IMG/VR virus record: IMGVR_UViG_3300048853_000117
Span: 1-50,313 of that record
Length of the DNA: 50,313 nucleotides
From: a virus
Taxonomy: Duplodnaviria; Caudoviricetes
Direction: 5' to 3' (one strand)
Shown here: positions 26,413 through 35,710 of the stretch, one piece after another
Numbering within the stretch: position 1 is the first letter of the stretch
How the letters are laid out: every line of letters begins with the position of its first letter
Made by a program: the position numbers and the translations under genes
The notes under the pieces: model-generated
Database searches by the model: none
Told to the model about the DNA's origin: nothing
Seen by the model: the letters and a program-made list of their open reading frames with translations, nothing else

Positions 26413-27896
26413 TCCGACGCCTCCGCGATGCCTGGCAGGTGCTGCGTGGCTACGCCGCGGCGGGGGACAGCCGTGCCTCGGCCTGGGCGCCCTCGGGCGG
26501 CAGCGCCACCGCGGAGGTCGGCGCAGCCGCGGCGACGGTGGCCCGCCGCGCCCGCGACGCGGTCCGCAACGACCCCTACGCCGCGCGCATCGTCGACCTC
26601 TGGACTAGCAATGCGGTCGGCGCCGGCATCACCACCCGCTGGCCGGACGCCACACACAGCCGTGCCTGGCAGCGCTGGGCGGAGGGCACCGGCTGCGACG
26701 CCGAGGGGCGGCTCGACCTCTATGGCCTGCAGGCACTGGTGATGCGGGCGGTGGTGGAGAGCGGCGAGTGCTTCGTCCGCTTCCTGCCCGCCGAGCCAAC
26801 GCCTGCCAACCCGATCGGCCTGCGCCTGCAGGTGCTCGAGACCGACCACCTCGACACCGCCCGCAACGGCACCGTCGCCGGCGCGCCCACCATGCAGGGC
26901 ATCGCCCTCGGCCCGGCCGCCGAGCCGATCGGCTACTGGCTGTTCCCGGTGCACCCGGGCGCTTGGATGCTGCCCGGCGCGGGGATAGCGAGCGAGCGCG
27001 TCCCCGCCTCCGGGGTCCTGCACGTCTACCGCAAGCGCCGGCCCAGCCAGCTGCGCGACGTCTCCTGGCTCGCCCCCGTGCTGCTCCGGCTGCGCGACCT
27101 CGGCGACTACGAGGCCGCGCTGCTGATGAAGGCCAAGATCGAGGCCTGCCTCGCCGCGGTGGTCTCGGAGGAGGGCGACGAGGCACTGACCGGTGCCGCC
27201 GCGGGCCTGCTGCGCGATGCCCAGGGCCGCGCGGTCGAGAGCTTCGAGCCCGGCATGATCCTCTACCGCCGTGGCATGGGCAGCGTGGAGGTGGTGAACC
27301 CGTCCGGGGGTGGGTCGCACGCGGCCTTTGCCAAGCGTGCCCTCGAGGCCGCCGCGGTGGGCGCTGGGCTGACCTACGACCAGGTGTCCGGCGATCTGAC
27401 CCAGGCGAACTACTCCAGCCTGCGGGCCGGGAAGATCGAGTTCCGCCGCCTCTGCGAGCAGGTGCAGTACGGCATGCTGATCCCGATGCTGGTCCGGCCC
27501 GTCGCCGAGCGGTTCCACCAGCAGGGCGCGCTGCTCGGCCTGTGGAGCGCCGAGGTCCCGGACGGCGTCAGCCACGTGCCGCCGGCGCACGAGATGATCG
27601 ATCCGCTGAAGGATACCACCGCGCTGATCGCCCAGGTGCGCGCTGGCTTCGTGCCGCAGCCCGAAGCGGCGGGCGCCTTCGGCTACGACTTCCGCCAGAC
27701 GGTGGAGATGATCCGCGAGGCCAACGCCCTGCTCGACGAGGCCGGCCTCGCCCTCGACACCGACCCGCGCCGGGTCGCGAAGAGCGGCGCCGCCCAGGAC
27801 GCGGCGCAGATGGCCGCCGTCGAGATCGCCGCCACCGGCGCCGCGGGACCGCCGCGGCCCGAGCCGGCCGCCCCAGCCACAGGAGAACGGCGATGA
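26409..27896 (+). CDS. Phage portal protein, lambda family
   Basis: RARDAVRND.YA...VG.GI, GECF, RPSQLRDVSW, GDLTQANYSSLRAG, IDPLKD. Confidence 0.93.
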   Translation: MIRRLRDAWQVLRGYAAAGDSRASAWAPSGGSATAEVGAAAATVARRARDAVRNDPYAARIVDLWTSNAVGAGITTRWPDATHSRAWQRWAEGTGCDAEGRLDLYGLQALVMRAVVESGECFVRFLPAEPTPANPIGLRLQVLETDHLDTARNGTVAGAPTMQGIALGPAAEPIGYWLFPVHPGAWMLPGAGIASERVPASGVLHVYRKRRPSQLRDVSWLAPVLLRLRDLGDYEAALLMKAKIEACLAAVVSEEGDEALTGAAAGLLRDAQGRAVESFEPGMILYRRGMGSVEVVNPSGGGSHAAFAKRALEAAAVGAGLTYDQVSGDLTQANYSSLRAGKIEFRRLCEQVQYGMLIPMLVRPVAERFHQQGALLGLWSAEVPDGVSHVPPAHEMIDPLKDTTALIAQVRAGFVPQPEAAGAFGYDFRQTVEMIREANALLDEAGLALDTDPRRVAKSGAAQDAAQMAAVEIAATGAAGPPRPEPAAPATGERR

Positions 27897-29386
27897 CCGC
27901 GAGCGCCTACGACTGGGCGGACGACATGCTCAAGATCAAGAGCATGCAGAAGAAGTTCCGCGACAGCTTCAACGGCACGGAGGTCAACCCGGCCCGCTGG
28001 GAGGTCGTGGCCACCGGCGGCGGCATCGCCGCGACGGTCGCCGACGGCGCGGTCACCGTCTCCACCGGCACGACCCTCGACGACGAGCTGACCCTCACCA
28101 GCCGGACCACCTTCACCATCCCGCTGCGGGTGATGGTCGCCGTCAACCTCAGCCAGCGCATCGCCGGTCAGTCGGTCTGGCTCGAGCTGGTCAGCGTGGA
28201 CCCGGCCACCGGTCAGCCGGACGGGCGCAGCGCCGCCGCCTGGCGGCTCGACGGCACCAGCCCGACGCTGGCCAACTACGAGGTGGGGAGCGAGGGCGCG
28301 CCGCGGCTGGCCGGCGCCTCGGCCTCCACCATCCCGACCACCGTCAGCACCACCTGGTCGGTGCTGGAGATCGAGCCGACCAACGACGAGTGCTGGTTCC
28401 ACGGCCGGCAGATCGACACCACCGCGGCGCGCGCCAACTCCTACGTCCGCCACCAGCAGATCCCGGACCCGAACGGCCTCTACCGCTTCCGGATCCGGGT
28501 GCGGAACCGGCAGTCCGTCAACGGCGTCTCGGCGGTGGCCAACAACGGCTCCGGCCTGGTGCGGATTACCCGCGCCGCGCACGGCTTCGCCACCGGCGAC
28601 AGCATCACGGTCACCGACGTCTCCGGCGTGCCGGGGGCGAACGGCACCTTCACCATCACGGTGGTCGACGCCAACACCTTCGACCTGGTCGGCTCGGGCT
28701 TCTCGGGGGCGTACATCAACACCGGCTGGGCCTCGGTCAGCCGGAACCTGGCGCCGGCCTCCAGCACCGACGTGAAGGTGCAGTTCGTCACGGTCGCGGA
28801 CTACGCCGAGCTCACCACCGAGATCACCGCCGGCCGCGGCCAGTCGGTCGCCGGCCAGGGGCTCGGGGTGAATGTGCTCAGCAACGTCGCCCCGACGCTG
28901 ACGGCGGTGGGCGGGCAGGCGCGCAACACGAACGGCGCGCTGCCGGTGCTGGTCGCCACCGGGCTGTCGGCGAACCCGACCGCGGTGACCACCGGCCGGG
29001 GCATCGACCTGCTGGCGACGCTGATCGGCGCGCTGGTGAACAAGCCCTTCTCGATCCCGGAGGCCGACTGGCAGTACGCCGGCGCCGCAGGTGGGATCAC
29101 CGGTACGACAGACGTCGTGCTGAAGGCCGCGGCCGCGGCCGGCATCCGGAACTACGTCACCTCCATCGACCTGCGGAACGCGCACGCGACGGTGGCGACG
29201 GAGGTGGTGATCAAGGACGGCGCGACGGTGATCTGGCGGCAGCTGCTACCGGCGGCGATGGCCGCCCCGGTGGAGATCACCTTCCCGACGCCGCTGCGCG
29301 GGACGGCGGCGACGGCGGTGAACTTCGCCTGCCTCACCACCGGCGCCCAGGTCTACGTCAACGCGCAGGGCTACGCCGCGCCGTAG
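27893..29386 (+). CDS. Beta-rich putative virion (head fibre/decoration) protein
   Basis: ATG 27893 with GGAGA RBS; Thr/Ala/Gly-rich; central VRITRAAHGFATGDSITV...NGTFTITVVDANTFDL module. Confidence 0.65.
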   Translation: MTASAYDWADDMLKIKSMQKKFRDSFNGTEVNPARWEVVATGGGIAATVADGAVTVSTGTTLDDELTLTSRTTFTIPLRVMVAVNLSQRIAGQSVWLELVSVDPATGQPDGRSAAAWRLDGTSPTLANYEVGSEGAPRLAGASASTIPTTVSTTWSVLEIEPTNDECWFHGRQIDTTAARANSYVRHQQIPDPNGLYRFRIRVRNRQSVNGVSAVANNGSGLVRITRAAHGFATGDSITVTDVSGVPGANGTFTITVVDANTFDLVGSGFSGAYINTGWASVSRNLAPASSTDVKVQFVTVADYAELTTEITAGRGQSVAGQGLGVNVLSNVAPTLTAVGGQARNTNGALPVLVATGLSANPTAVTTGRGIDLLATLIGALVNKPFSIPEADWQYAGAAGGITGTTDVVLKAAAAAGIRNYVTSIDLRNAHATVATEVVIKDGATVIWRQLLPAAMAAPVEITFPTPLRGTAATAVNFACLTTGAQVYVNAQGYAAP

Positions 29387-29411
29387 CGGCGGCGACCATC
29401 AGGGATCCAGC

Positions 29412-31472
29412 ATGTCCGAGACGACCGAGCCGGGCGGGGGCGATGCCGCGCCGGATGCTTCTGCCATGCCGATCGTCGCGCAACGCGCACTGGCAGCCCC
29501 GGCCACCGTCGATCGCGCCGCGCGCACCGTCGAGGTGGTGTGGTCGACCGGCGCCCGCGCCCGCAACTTCGTCCCCGCCCTCGGCCTCATCACCGAGGAG
29601 CTGGAGATGTCGCCGAACGCGGTGCGCATGGACGCGCTCCGCTCGGGCGGGGCCCCGGTGCTGAATACGCATCGGCGCGGCGATGCCCGCGACGTGCTCG
29701 GCCGCGTCACTGCCGCCCGGCTCGAGCGCGGGCGCGGCTACGCCACTCTGCAGTTCTCGACCGCCGGCGACGTCGAGCCGGTCTGGCAGCGCATCGCCGA
29801 CGGCACGCTCCGCGCGGTGAGCGTCGGCTATCGCGTGCACCGCTACGAGCCGCGGCCGGACGCTGCCACCGGCGAGACCGTCCACCGCGCGGTGGATTGG
29901 GAGCCCTTCGAGATCTCCGTCGTGCCGGTCCCGGTGGATCGGGACGCCGCGGTCCGCGCGCAGGGAGAGCAGGGCCTCTCCGCGCCGGCGATCGAGCCCG
30001 CCCTGCCCGACGAGGAACCCACCATGCTCGAGACGACGCCGGAGACCCCGGCCGCGCCGGCGCCGTCTGCGCCGCCCACCCCGCCCCAGGAGACCACCGT
30101 GACCACCACGCCCAGCGCCCGGGCGCCGGAACCCACCCGGGCTGCGGCGCCCGACCTCGACGCCGTGCGTGCCGAGGCCCAGCGCGCCGAGCGCGAGCGC
30201 ATCGCCGGCATCGACGCCGCGGTCGAGGCCGCTCGTGCCCTGCTGCCGGCCGACCGCATCACCCCGATCCGCAGCGAGGCGGTGGAGCGCGGCTGGAGCG
30301 CCGACCAGGTCCGGCGCGCCCTCTTCGACCTCCTGGTCACGACGGCGCCGAAGCCCTCCGTGCCCGCGCGACCGGAGACCGGCCCGGGCCACGACGATCC
30401 GGCGCAGATCCGCGACGCGATGGCCGAGGCCCTCGCAGCGCGCTCGATGCCCGGCTACCAGCCGCAGGGGAATGGCCGCCATGCCGAGTTCATGGGCTGG
30501 CGCCCCTCCGACATGATCGGCGAGCTGCTGCGCCTGAAGGGCGAGCGCCAGATCCCCCGCAATCCGACGCTCCTCGCCGAACGCGCCTTCCACACCACGA
30601 GCGACTTCCCGCTGCTGCTGTCGGCAGCGGCCAACAAGATGCTGCTCGCGGCCTACCAGCCGGCCCAGCCGACTTACCGGCAGATCTTCCTCCGCCGCGA
30701 CTTCCGCGACTTCAAGCCGCACCGGCACCTCCGCGTCGGCGATTTCCCGACGCTCCTGCCGCTGCTGGAGAATGGCGAGATCCAGGCCGGGACCATGTCC
30801 GAGAGCCAGGAGATCGTGCTCCTGCAGACCTTCGCCCGGCGCATCCGCGTGACCCGGCCGATGCTGGTGAACGACGACCTCGGCGCCTTCACCGACTTCG
30901 CCGCCGCCATCGGCCGCCGCGTCGCCGACTTCGAGAACGCCACCGCCTACGGCCTGCTGAACTCGGCCAATGGCGACGGCCCGACGCTCACGACCGGCAA
31001 CGCGGCCGTGTTCGGCACCGGTGCGGCGCGGGCCAACAAGGCGAATGCCGGCACTGCGCTCGATGGGCCGAACCTCGCGGCGGGCCGGGCGGCGATCATG
31101 AGGCAGAAGACCCTCGACGGGCTGCCGATCGCCATCGGCTCCACCATGCGCCTGCTCGTCGGCCCGGGTCAGGAATACCCCGCCCGGCAGATCACGGTGC
31201 CGGTGCAGGCAACGGAGACGAGCAAGGCGAACGTCTTCGCGGGCTTCGTCCAGCCGCTCGTCGAGCCGCTCATCCCGAACAACCGCTGGTACCTCTTCTC
31301 CGACCCGCTCTCGGCGCCGGTCTACGTCTACGGCTACCTGAACGGTGCGGAGGGGCCGCAGGTCACCACTGGCCCGGTCTCCGGCGTCGACGGCGTCGAG
31401 GTCAGCGTGATCTTCGACTTCGGCGTCGGCGCCATCGACTGGCGCGGCGCCTGGTTCAACCCGGGCACCTGA
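29412..31472 (+). CDS. Prohead protease / major capsid protein fusion
   Basis: PVLNTH, VSVGY, EISVVPVP protease motifs; HTTSDFP.LL, DFK, DDLGAF, DFGVGAIDWRG capsid motifs. Confidence 0.92.
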   Translation: MSETTEPGGGDAAPDASAMPIVAQRALAAPATVDRAARTVEVVWSTGARARNFVPALGLITEELEMSPNAVRMDALRSGGAPVLNTHRRGDARDVLGRVTAARLERGRGYATLQFSTAGDVEPVWQRIADGTLRAVSVGYRVHRYEPRPDAATGETVHRAVDWEPFEISVVPVPVDRDAAVRAQGEQGLSAPAIEPALPDEEPTMLETTPETPAAPAPSAPPTPPQETTVTTTPSARAPEPTRAAAPDLDAVRAEAQRAERERIAGIDAAVEAARALLPADRITPIRSEAVERGWSADQVRRALFDLLVTTAPKPSVPARPETGPGHDDPAQIRDAMAEALAARSMPGYQPQGNGRHAEFMGWRPSDMIGELLRLKGERQIPRNPTLLAERAFHTTSDFPLLLSAAANKMLLAAYQPAQPTYRQIFLRRDFRDFKPHRHLRVGDFPTLLPLLENGEIQAGTMSESQEIVLLQTFARRIRVTRPMLVNDDLGAFTDFAAAIGRRVADFENATAYGLLNSANGDGPTLTTGNAAVFGTGAARANKANAGTALDGPNLAAGRAAIMRQKTLDGLPIAIGSTMRLLVGPGQEYPARQITVPVQATETSKANVFAGFVQPLVEPLIPNNRWYLFSDPLSAPVYVYGYLNGAEGPQVTTGPVSGVDGVEVSVIFDFGVGAIDWRGAWFNPGT

Positions 31473-31503
31473 TCCCGGCTCCTCCCCTCCATCCTGAACA
31501 CAT

Positions 31504-31533
31504 GCAGAAGCCGCCCTCCCGGGCGGTTTCTGC
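31504..31533 (+). terminator. Hairpin after the capsid gene (terminator or mRNA stabiliser)
   Basis: GCAGAAGCCGCCC-TCCC-GGGCGGTTTCTGC. Confidence 0.6.
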
Positions 31534-31554
31534 GCTTCTGGAGATCCCATCCCC

Positions 31555-31902
31555 ATGCGCAACTTCGTCCAGCCGGGCGACAGCCTCGCTGTCGCCGTTC
31601 CCTATGCAGCCGGCGTCACCGCCGGCCAGGGCGTCCTGGTCGGCGCGCTGTTCGGCGTCGCTGCCGTGGACGGCGCGCAGAACGCCGTGATCGAAGCCGC
31701 CACCCAGGGCGTGTTCGATCTCACCAAGGAGCCCTCCCTCGCCATCTCGGCCGGCGCGCGGGTCTTCTGGGACAACACGAACCGCCGCGTCACCACCACC
31801 GCGACGGGCAACTTCTCGATCGGCATCGCCACCGGGGCGGCGCTGGCCGCGGACGCGACCGTGCGCGTCTGGCTCAACCGCGTCCCGGCCTCCGGCGCAT
31901 GA
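31555..31902 (+). CDS. DUF2190 family capsid cement/decoration protein
   Basis: MRNFVQPG...GALFGVA...GVFDL.K...G.RVFWD. Confidence 0.88.
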   Translation: MRNFVQPGDSLAVAVPYAAGVTAGQGVLVGALFGVAAVDGAQNAVIEAATQGVFDLTKEPSLAISAGARVFWDNTNRRVTTTATGNFSIGIATGAALAADATVRVWLNRVPASGA

Positions 31903-32555
31903 GCGGCGATCCGAAGGCCAGCCGGGGCTACCGCAACCGCAACCCCGGCAACATCGAGCACGTCGCCACGAACAAGTGGCTCGGGCTCGTCGATCCGCCC
32001 TCGGACGGGCGCTTCTGCCGCTTCCGCTCGCACCAGCACGGCATCCGCGCGCTGGCGCTGCTGCTGCAGAGCTACCAGGACCGGCACGGGCTGCGCACCA
32101 TCCGCGGCATCGTCGCGCGCTGGGCGCCGAGCCACGAGAACGACACCCGGGCCTACCAGGCGGCGGTCGCCGCGCGGCTCGGGGTCGGGCTCGACGACCC
32201 GATCGACCTGCACGACGCGGCCACCATGCGCGGCCTGGTCGAGGCGATCATCCGGCACGAGCTCGGCGGCATGCCCTACGCGCCGGACACCATCGCGGAG
32301 GGCCTGCGCATGGCCGGCCTGGTCCAGCCCGGCCTCGCCCACAGTGGCACGGTCCGCGCCGCCGCGGGCTCGGTGGTCGCCGGCGTCACGGCGGCAGCGG
32401 TGGTCGACGCCGTCACCACGCTCGCGCCGCACGCCGAGGGGCTGGCCGCGGTCCTGCGGGCGCTCGGCCCGTGGGGCGTCGCCGCCGCGGTGATCGGCGT
32501 CGCGGCCTGGACCATCCACCAGCGGCTGCAGCGGCAGCGGGAGGTCACCCGATGA
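31899..32555 (+). CDS. Lysozyme-like (P5-type) lysin with C-terminal hydrophobic helices
   Basis: RGYRNRNPGNI, F....HGIRA, TIRGIVARWAP..ENDT..Y, IIRHE. Confidence 0.75.
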   Translation: MSGDPKASRGYRNRNPGNIEHVATNKWLGLVDPPSDGRFCRFRSHQHGIRALALLLQSYQDRHGLRTIRGIVARWAPSHENDTRAYQAAVAARLGVGLDDPIDLHDAATMRGLVEAIIRHELGGMPYAPDTIAEGLRMAGLVQPGLAHSGTVRAAAGSVVAGVTAAAVVDAVTTLAPHAEGLAAVLRALGPWGVAAAVIGVAAWTIHQRLQRQREVTR

Positions 32556-32827
32556 CGGACCACGACCGCGAACTCGGCACTATCGTCACCCGCCTCACCG
32601 AGATCGAGCGGCGCCTCGCCGAGGGCGACAAGGACATGCGCGAGCTCACCCGGACGGTGACCGAGCTGGTCAAGGCGATGGCCGGCCTGACGGCGCGGCT
32701 GTCTCTGACGGCGGGCGGGGTGCCGGGCGCGTCGCCGGCCATCCCCGCGACGGGTGCGGCGGCGGCCGGCGGCATCGTCGGCGCGGCGGTCGGCGCGAAG
32801 CTCGCCTCCTGGCTCGGGCTTGGCTGA
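32552..32827 (+). CDS. Small coiled-coil plus membrane protein (holin-like)
   Basis: ATGA overlap with the lysin; coiled coil followed by a hydrophobic C-terminus. Confidence 0.55.
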   Translation: MTDHDRELGTIVTRLTEIERRLAEGDKDMRELTRTVTELVKAMAGLTARLSLTAGGVPGASPAIPATGAAAAGGIVGAAVGAKLASWLGLG

Positions 32828-32833
32828 TCCGGC

Positions 32834-33142
32834 ATGGGCGTGTTCGACGATGCACTGGCGGTGCTCGCCGCCGACCCGAACCTCGGGGTGGAGGCGACCT
32901 ACCGTGCGGCGGGTACCGGCGTGCCCGTGTCGCTCCGCGTCCTGCGCTCCAGCCCCGACCGGGTGGTGGACGCCTTCGACACGCCGCTGCTGCGCGCGAC
33001 CGACGTGCTGACCGTCAGCGTCGCCCTGCTGGCGGCGGTCGAGGCGGGCGACACCTTCGCCATCGGCGCGGACCTGCTGACGGTGGACAGCGCCGAGCGG
33101 GACGCCGCCGGCGTCGCCTGGCGCGTACTCTGCAGTCGGTAG
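32834..33142 (+). CDS. Head-tail joining protein (gpFII-like)
   Basis: DPNLG.EATYR...PD....F...GDTF.I...ERD...W; genomic position. Confidence 0.7.
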   Translation: MGVFDDALAVLAADPNLGVEATYRAAGTGVPVSLRVLRSSPDRVVDAFDTPLLRATDVLTVSVALLAAVEAGDTFAIGADLLTVDSAERDAAGVAWRVLCSR

Positions 33143-33145
33143 GCC

Positions 33146-33868
33146 ATGCGGCTCACCGCCGTTGTCGGTGACCTCCGCAAGGCGCTGGCCGAGGAGGTCC
33201 GTGCCGGCGAGCGCGCTGCCCCCCGCGCGGTGCGCGCCGAGACCGACGCGCTCAAGGGGGAACTGCGGCAGCAGGTCACCGGCTCGCTCGGTGGCAAGGC
33301 GCGCGGCATCGCCAATGCCTGGCGCTCGCAGGTCTTCCCGCGGACCGGTGTGTCGATGCGGGCGGCTGGCCTGGTCTGGAGCAAGACGCCGCTCGTCATC
33401 GACGCCTTCGAGCGCGGCGCGCTGATCCGGCCCAAGGGCGGCGGGCGCTTCCTGGCGATCGCCACCGGCTTCAACGCCGCGCGCGGCTGGCGCGGCCGCG
33501 GCGACAAGGGGCTGCGTGTCACGCCGGCCCAAATGGTCGCCTCCGGCCAGGGCTTCCTCCGGCCCTTCCGCTCGGGACGCGGCTTCGTCTGGTGCCTGCC
33601 GCTGCGGCAGGGGACGCAGACCGGCCGGCGCCGCCGCACCCGCCTCATCGCCGGCGGCGTCGCGGAGGTCGGCACCGCCAACCGCAAGGGGCGCGAGGCC
33701 TGGGCCCGCGGGCTGCTCGAAAGGGGGATGGTGCCGATGTTCCTGCTGCTGCCGCAGGTGACCCTGCGCAAGCGGCTCGACGTGCGCGGGGCCTCCCTGC
33801 GCGCCCTGCGGCGCCTGCCGCGGCGCTTCGTGGCGGCCTGGGAGGCCAAAGCCAGGAGGCCGGGATGA
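33146..33868 (+). CDS. DUF6441-like neck/tail completion protein
   Basis: LKGELR.QV...ANAWRS..FP...AAGLVWSK.P...F.RG.LI...PMFLL.PQV.L.KRLD. Confidence 0.75.
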   Translation: MRLTAVVGDLRKALAEEVRAGERAAPRAVRAETDALKGELRQQVTGSLGGKARGIANAWRSQVFPRTGVSMRAAGLVWSKTPLVIDAFERGALIRPKGGGRFLAIATGFNAARGWRGRGDKGLRVTPAQMVASGQGFLRPFRSGRGFVWCLPLRQGTQTGRRRRTRLIAGGVAEVGTANRKGREAWARGLLERGMVPMFLLLPQVTLRKRLDVRGASLRALRRLPRRFVAAWEAKARRPG

Positions 33869-34293
33869 GTGCGCGCGAGACGGCCCTGGCCGCCCTGCAC
33901 GCCCGCCTGGGCGCCGCCCTGGCCGTGCGGAACCCGGCCCCAAAGGTCCTCCGCAACGAGTCCGTGCCCCAGCGCCTGCCAACCGGCGGGCTGGTGGTGG
34001 TGCGGGACGGCGAGACGGTGGAGGAGACCGCGATCCTCTCGCCGCTCGCCTGGGCGGTCGAGCACCGCGCCGAGGTCGAGGTCGTCGCGACCACGGGCAC
34101 GCTGCTGGACGCGCTGCTGGTCGACATCGCCGCCGCGATCGCCGGCGATCGCACCCTCGGCGGCGCGGTCGAGTGGGCGCAGCCCGCCGCGCCCTCCTTC
34201 GACGATGCTGAGACCGAAGGCGCCGCCGCGGCCCGCGCCGCCTCCGCCCCCGTCACGCTGTCCTTCACCGTCGCCGGCTCGCCGCTGGCCTAA
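33865..34293 (+). CDS. Tail terminator-like protein
   Basis: MSARET.LAAL...VLRN...P.R.P.GG.VVVRDG...DRTLGG.VEW; immediately before the tail tube gene. Confidence 0.75.
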   Translation: MSARETALAALHARLGAALAVRNPAPKVLRNESVPQRLPTGGLVVVRDGETVEETAILSPLAWAVEHRAEVEVVATTGTLLDALLVDIAAAIAGDRTLGGAVEWAQPAAPSFDDAETEGAAAARAASAPVTLSFTVAGSPLA

Positions 34294-34314
34294 TCCCGCT
34301 CCCGGAGACGCCCC

Positions 34315-35271
34315 ATGCCCCGTGCCATCGGCGCGAATTCGCGCCTGCTCATGATCCCCGAGGTGACCTACGGCACCGCGCCGGGCGGCAACTGGCGGCG
34401 GGTGCCCTTCCTCTCCTGCAATCTCGGCGCCGAGCAGCCGCTGCTGGACGCCGACGTCATCGGCCTCGGCGGCAACCGCGACCCGGCCGCGCCCTTCCTC
34501 GACACCGTCACCGTCGAGGGCGAGGTGGTCGTGCCGGTGGACCTGGTGAACATCGGCCACTGGCTGCGGCTGCTGCTCGGCGCGCCGACCACCACGGGCA
34601 CCGCCCCGAACTTCACCCACACCTTCGGCTCCGGCGCGGCGACGCTGCCCTCGCAGGCGATCGAGATCGGCTACCCCGACGTGCCAAGCTACGATGTCTG
34701 TGTCGGCGCCCGCGCGGATGCGCTGGAGATCGACTTCAGCCCGACCGGCCCGGCCACCGCGACGATTAAGCTCATCGCCCAGGGCTCGACGCGCTCCGGC
34801 TCATCCTCGGGCGGCACGCCCACCACGGCGGCCTACACCGCCTTCCACAAGGCGCAGGGCTCGATCAGCCGCTCCGGCTCTGCGCTGGCCCAGGTGACGG
34901 GGGCGCGGCTCGCCTACTCGAACAGCGTCGAGGCGGTGCGCACCATCCGCGCCGACCGGAAGATCGAGGGCGCGGATCCCGGCATCGCGCGCGCCACCGG
35001 CCAGATCACCGCACGCTTCGCGGACACGACGCTGCTGACGCAGGCGCAGAACGGCACCGCGGCGGAGTTCGCCTTCGCGTTCACCATCGACGCGAACCGC
35101 AGCCTCACCTTCACGCTGCACGAGGTCTACCTCGCGCTGGCCAAGACGCCGATCGAGGGGCCGGCCGGCGTCGAGGCCAGCTTCGAGTTCCGCGCGGCCT
35201 TCAATGCGACGGCGACCCGCATGATAACGGCGGTGCTGAAGAATCAGCAGGCGGGGACGGAGTACGCGTGA
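34315..35271 (+). CDS. Phage tail tube (major tail) protein
   Basis: E.TYGTAP...LGAEQPL...GRDP...HTF.SG...LPS..IE...IEGP.GVEASF. Confidence 0.85.
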   Translation: MPRAIGANSRLLMIPEVTYGTAPGGNWRRVPFLSCNLGAEQPLLDADVIGLGGNRDPAAPFLDTVTVEGEVVVPVDLVNIGHWLRLLLGAPTTTGTAPNFTHTFGSGAATLPSQAIEIGYPDVPSYDVCVGARADALEIDFSPTGPATATIKLIAQGSTRSGSSSGGTPTTAAYTAFHKAQGSISRSGSALAQVTGARLAYSNSVEAVRTIRADRKIEGADPGIARATGQITARFADTTLLTQAQNGTAAEFAFAFTIDANRSLTFTLHEVYLALAKTPIEGPAGVEASFEFRAAFNATATRMITAVLKNQQAGTEYA

Positions 35272-35285
35272 GCGTTCCGCGGTCG

Positions 35286-35354
35286 GCTGCTTGGGGCGGA
35301 AAGCGGCAGTCGGGGCGAACCGAGCAAATGTCAGCTTCGCTACGGAAAGCAGAT
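35286..35354. repeat. Two short imperfect palindromes at the left edge of the tail insertion
   Basis: GCTGCTT-GGGGCGGA-AAGCGGC (35286-35307) and ATGTCAGCTT..AAAGCAGAT (35328-35354). Confidence 0.5.
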
Positions 35355-35710
35355 CTAGCGAGCCGCCGTCAGGGTGCGCGCGAAGCGCGGGAGATGCTCC
35401 CGAGCGGCGGGTCGGCCATGCTCGCGGGCAGCGTGTCTCGGTCCACCGTGACCCCGACGAACCACTCGGCAGCCTTTAGGTCGCGGCGCTCGACCTCGAC
35501 CTTCGCCGTCCCAATCGTGAAACGCAGGGCCGCATCCGCCGGCTCCGCCGCGGCCTCCGCCGGTCGCGGTTCGGCGCGTCCTTGCCCTCGGTGTGGTCTA
35601 GTGCCCGGCGGTCGGCCTGCAGGACGTCTCGGAGGTTCGAGCGGGTAACCTCGTAGTCGCGATGGCGACTGCCTTCGGCCCAAACCATCCCGTCTCGGCG
35701 CGCCAGTGTC

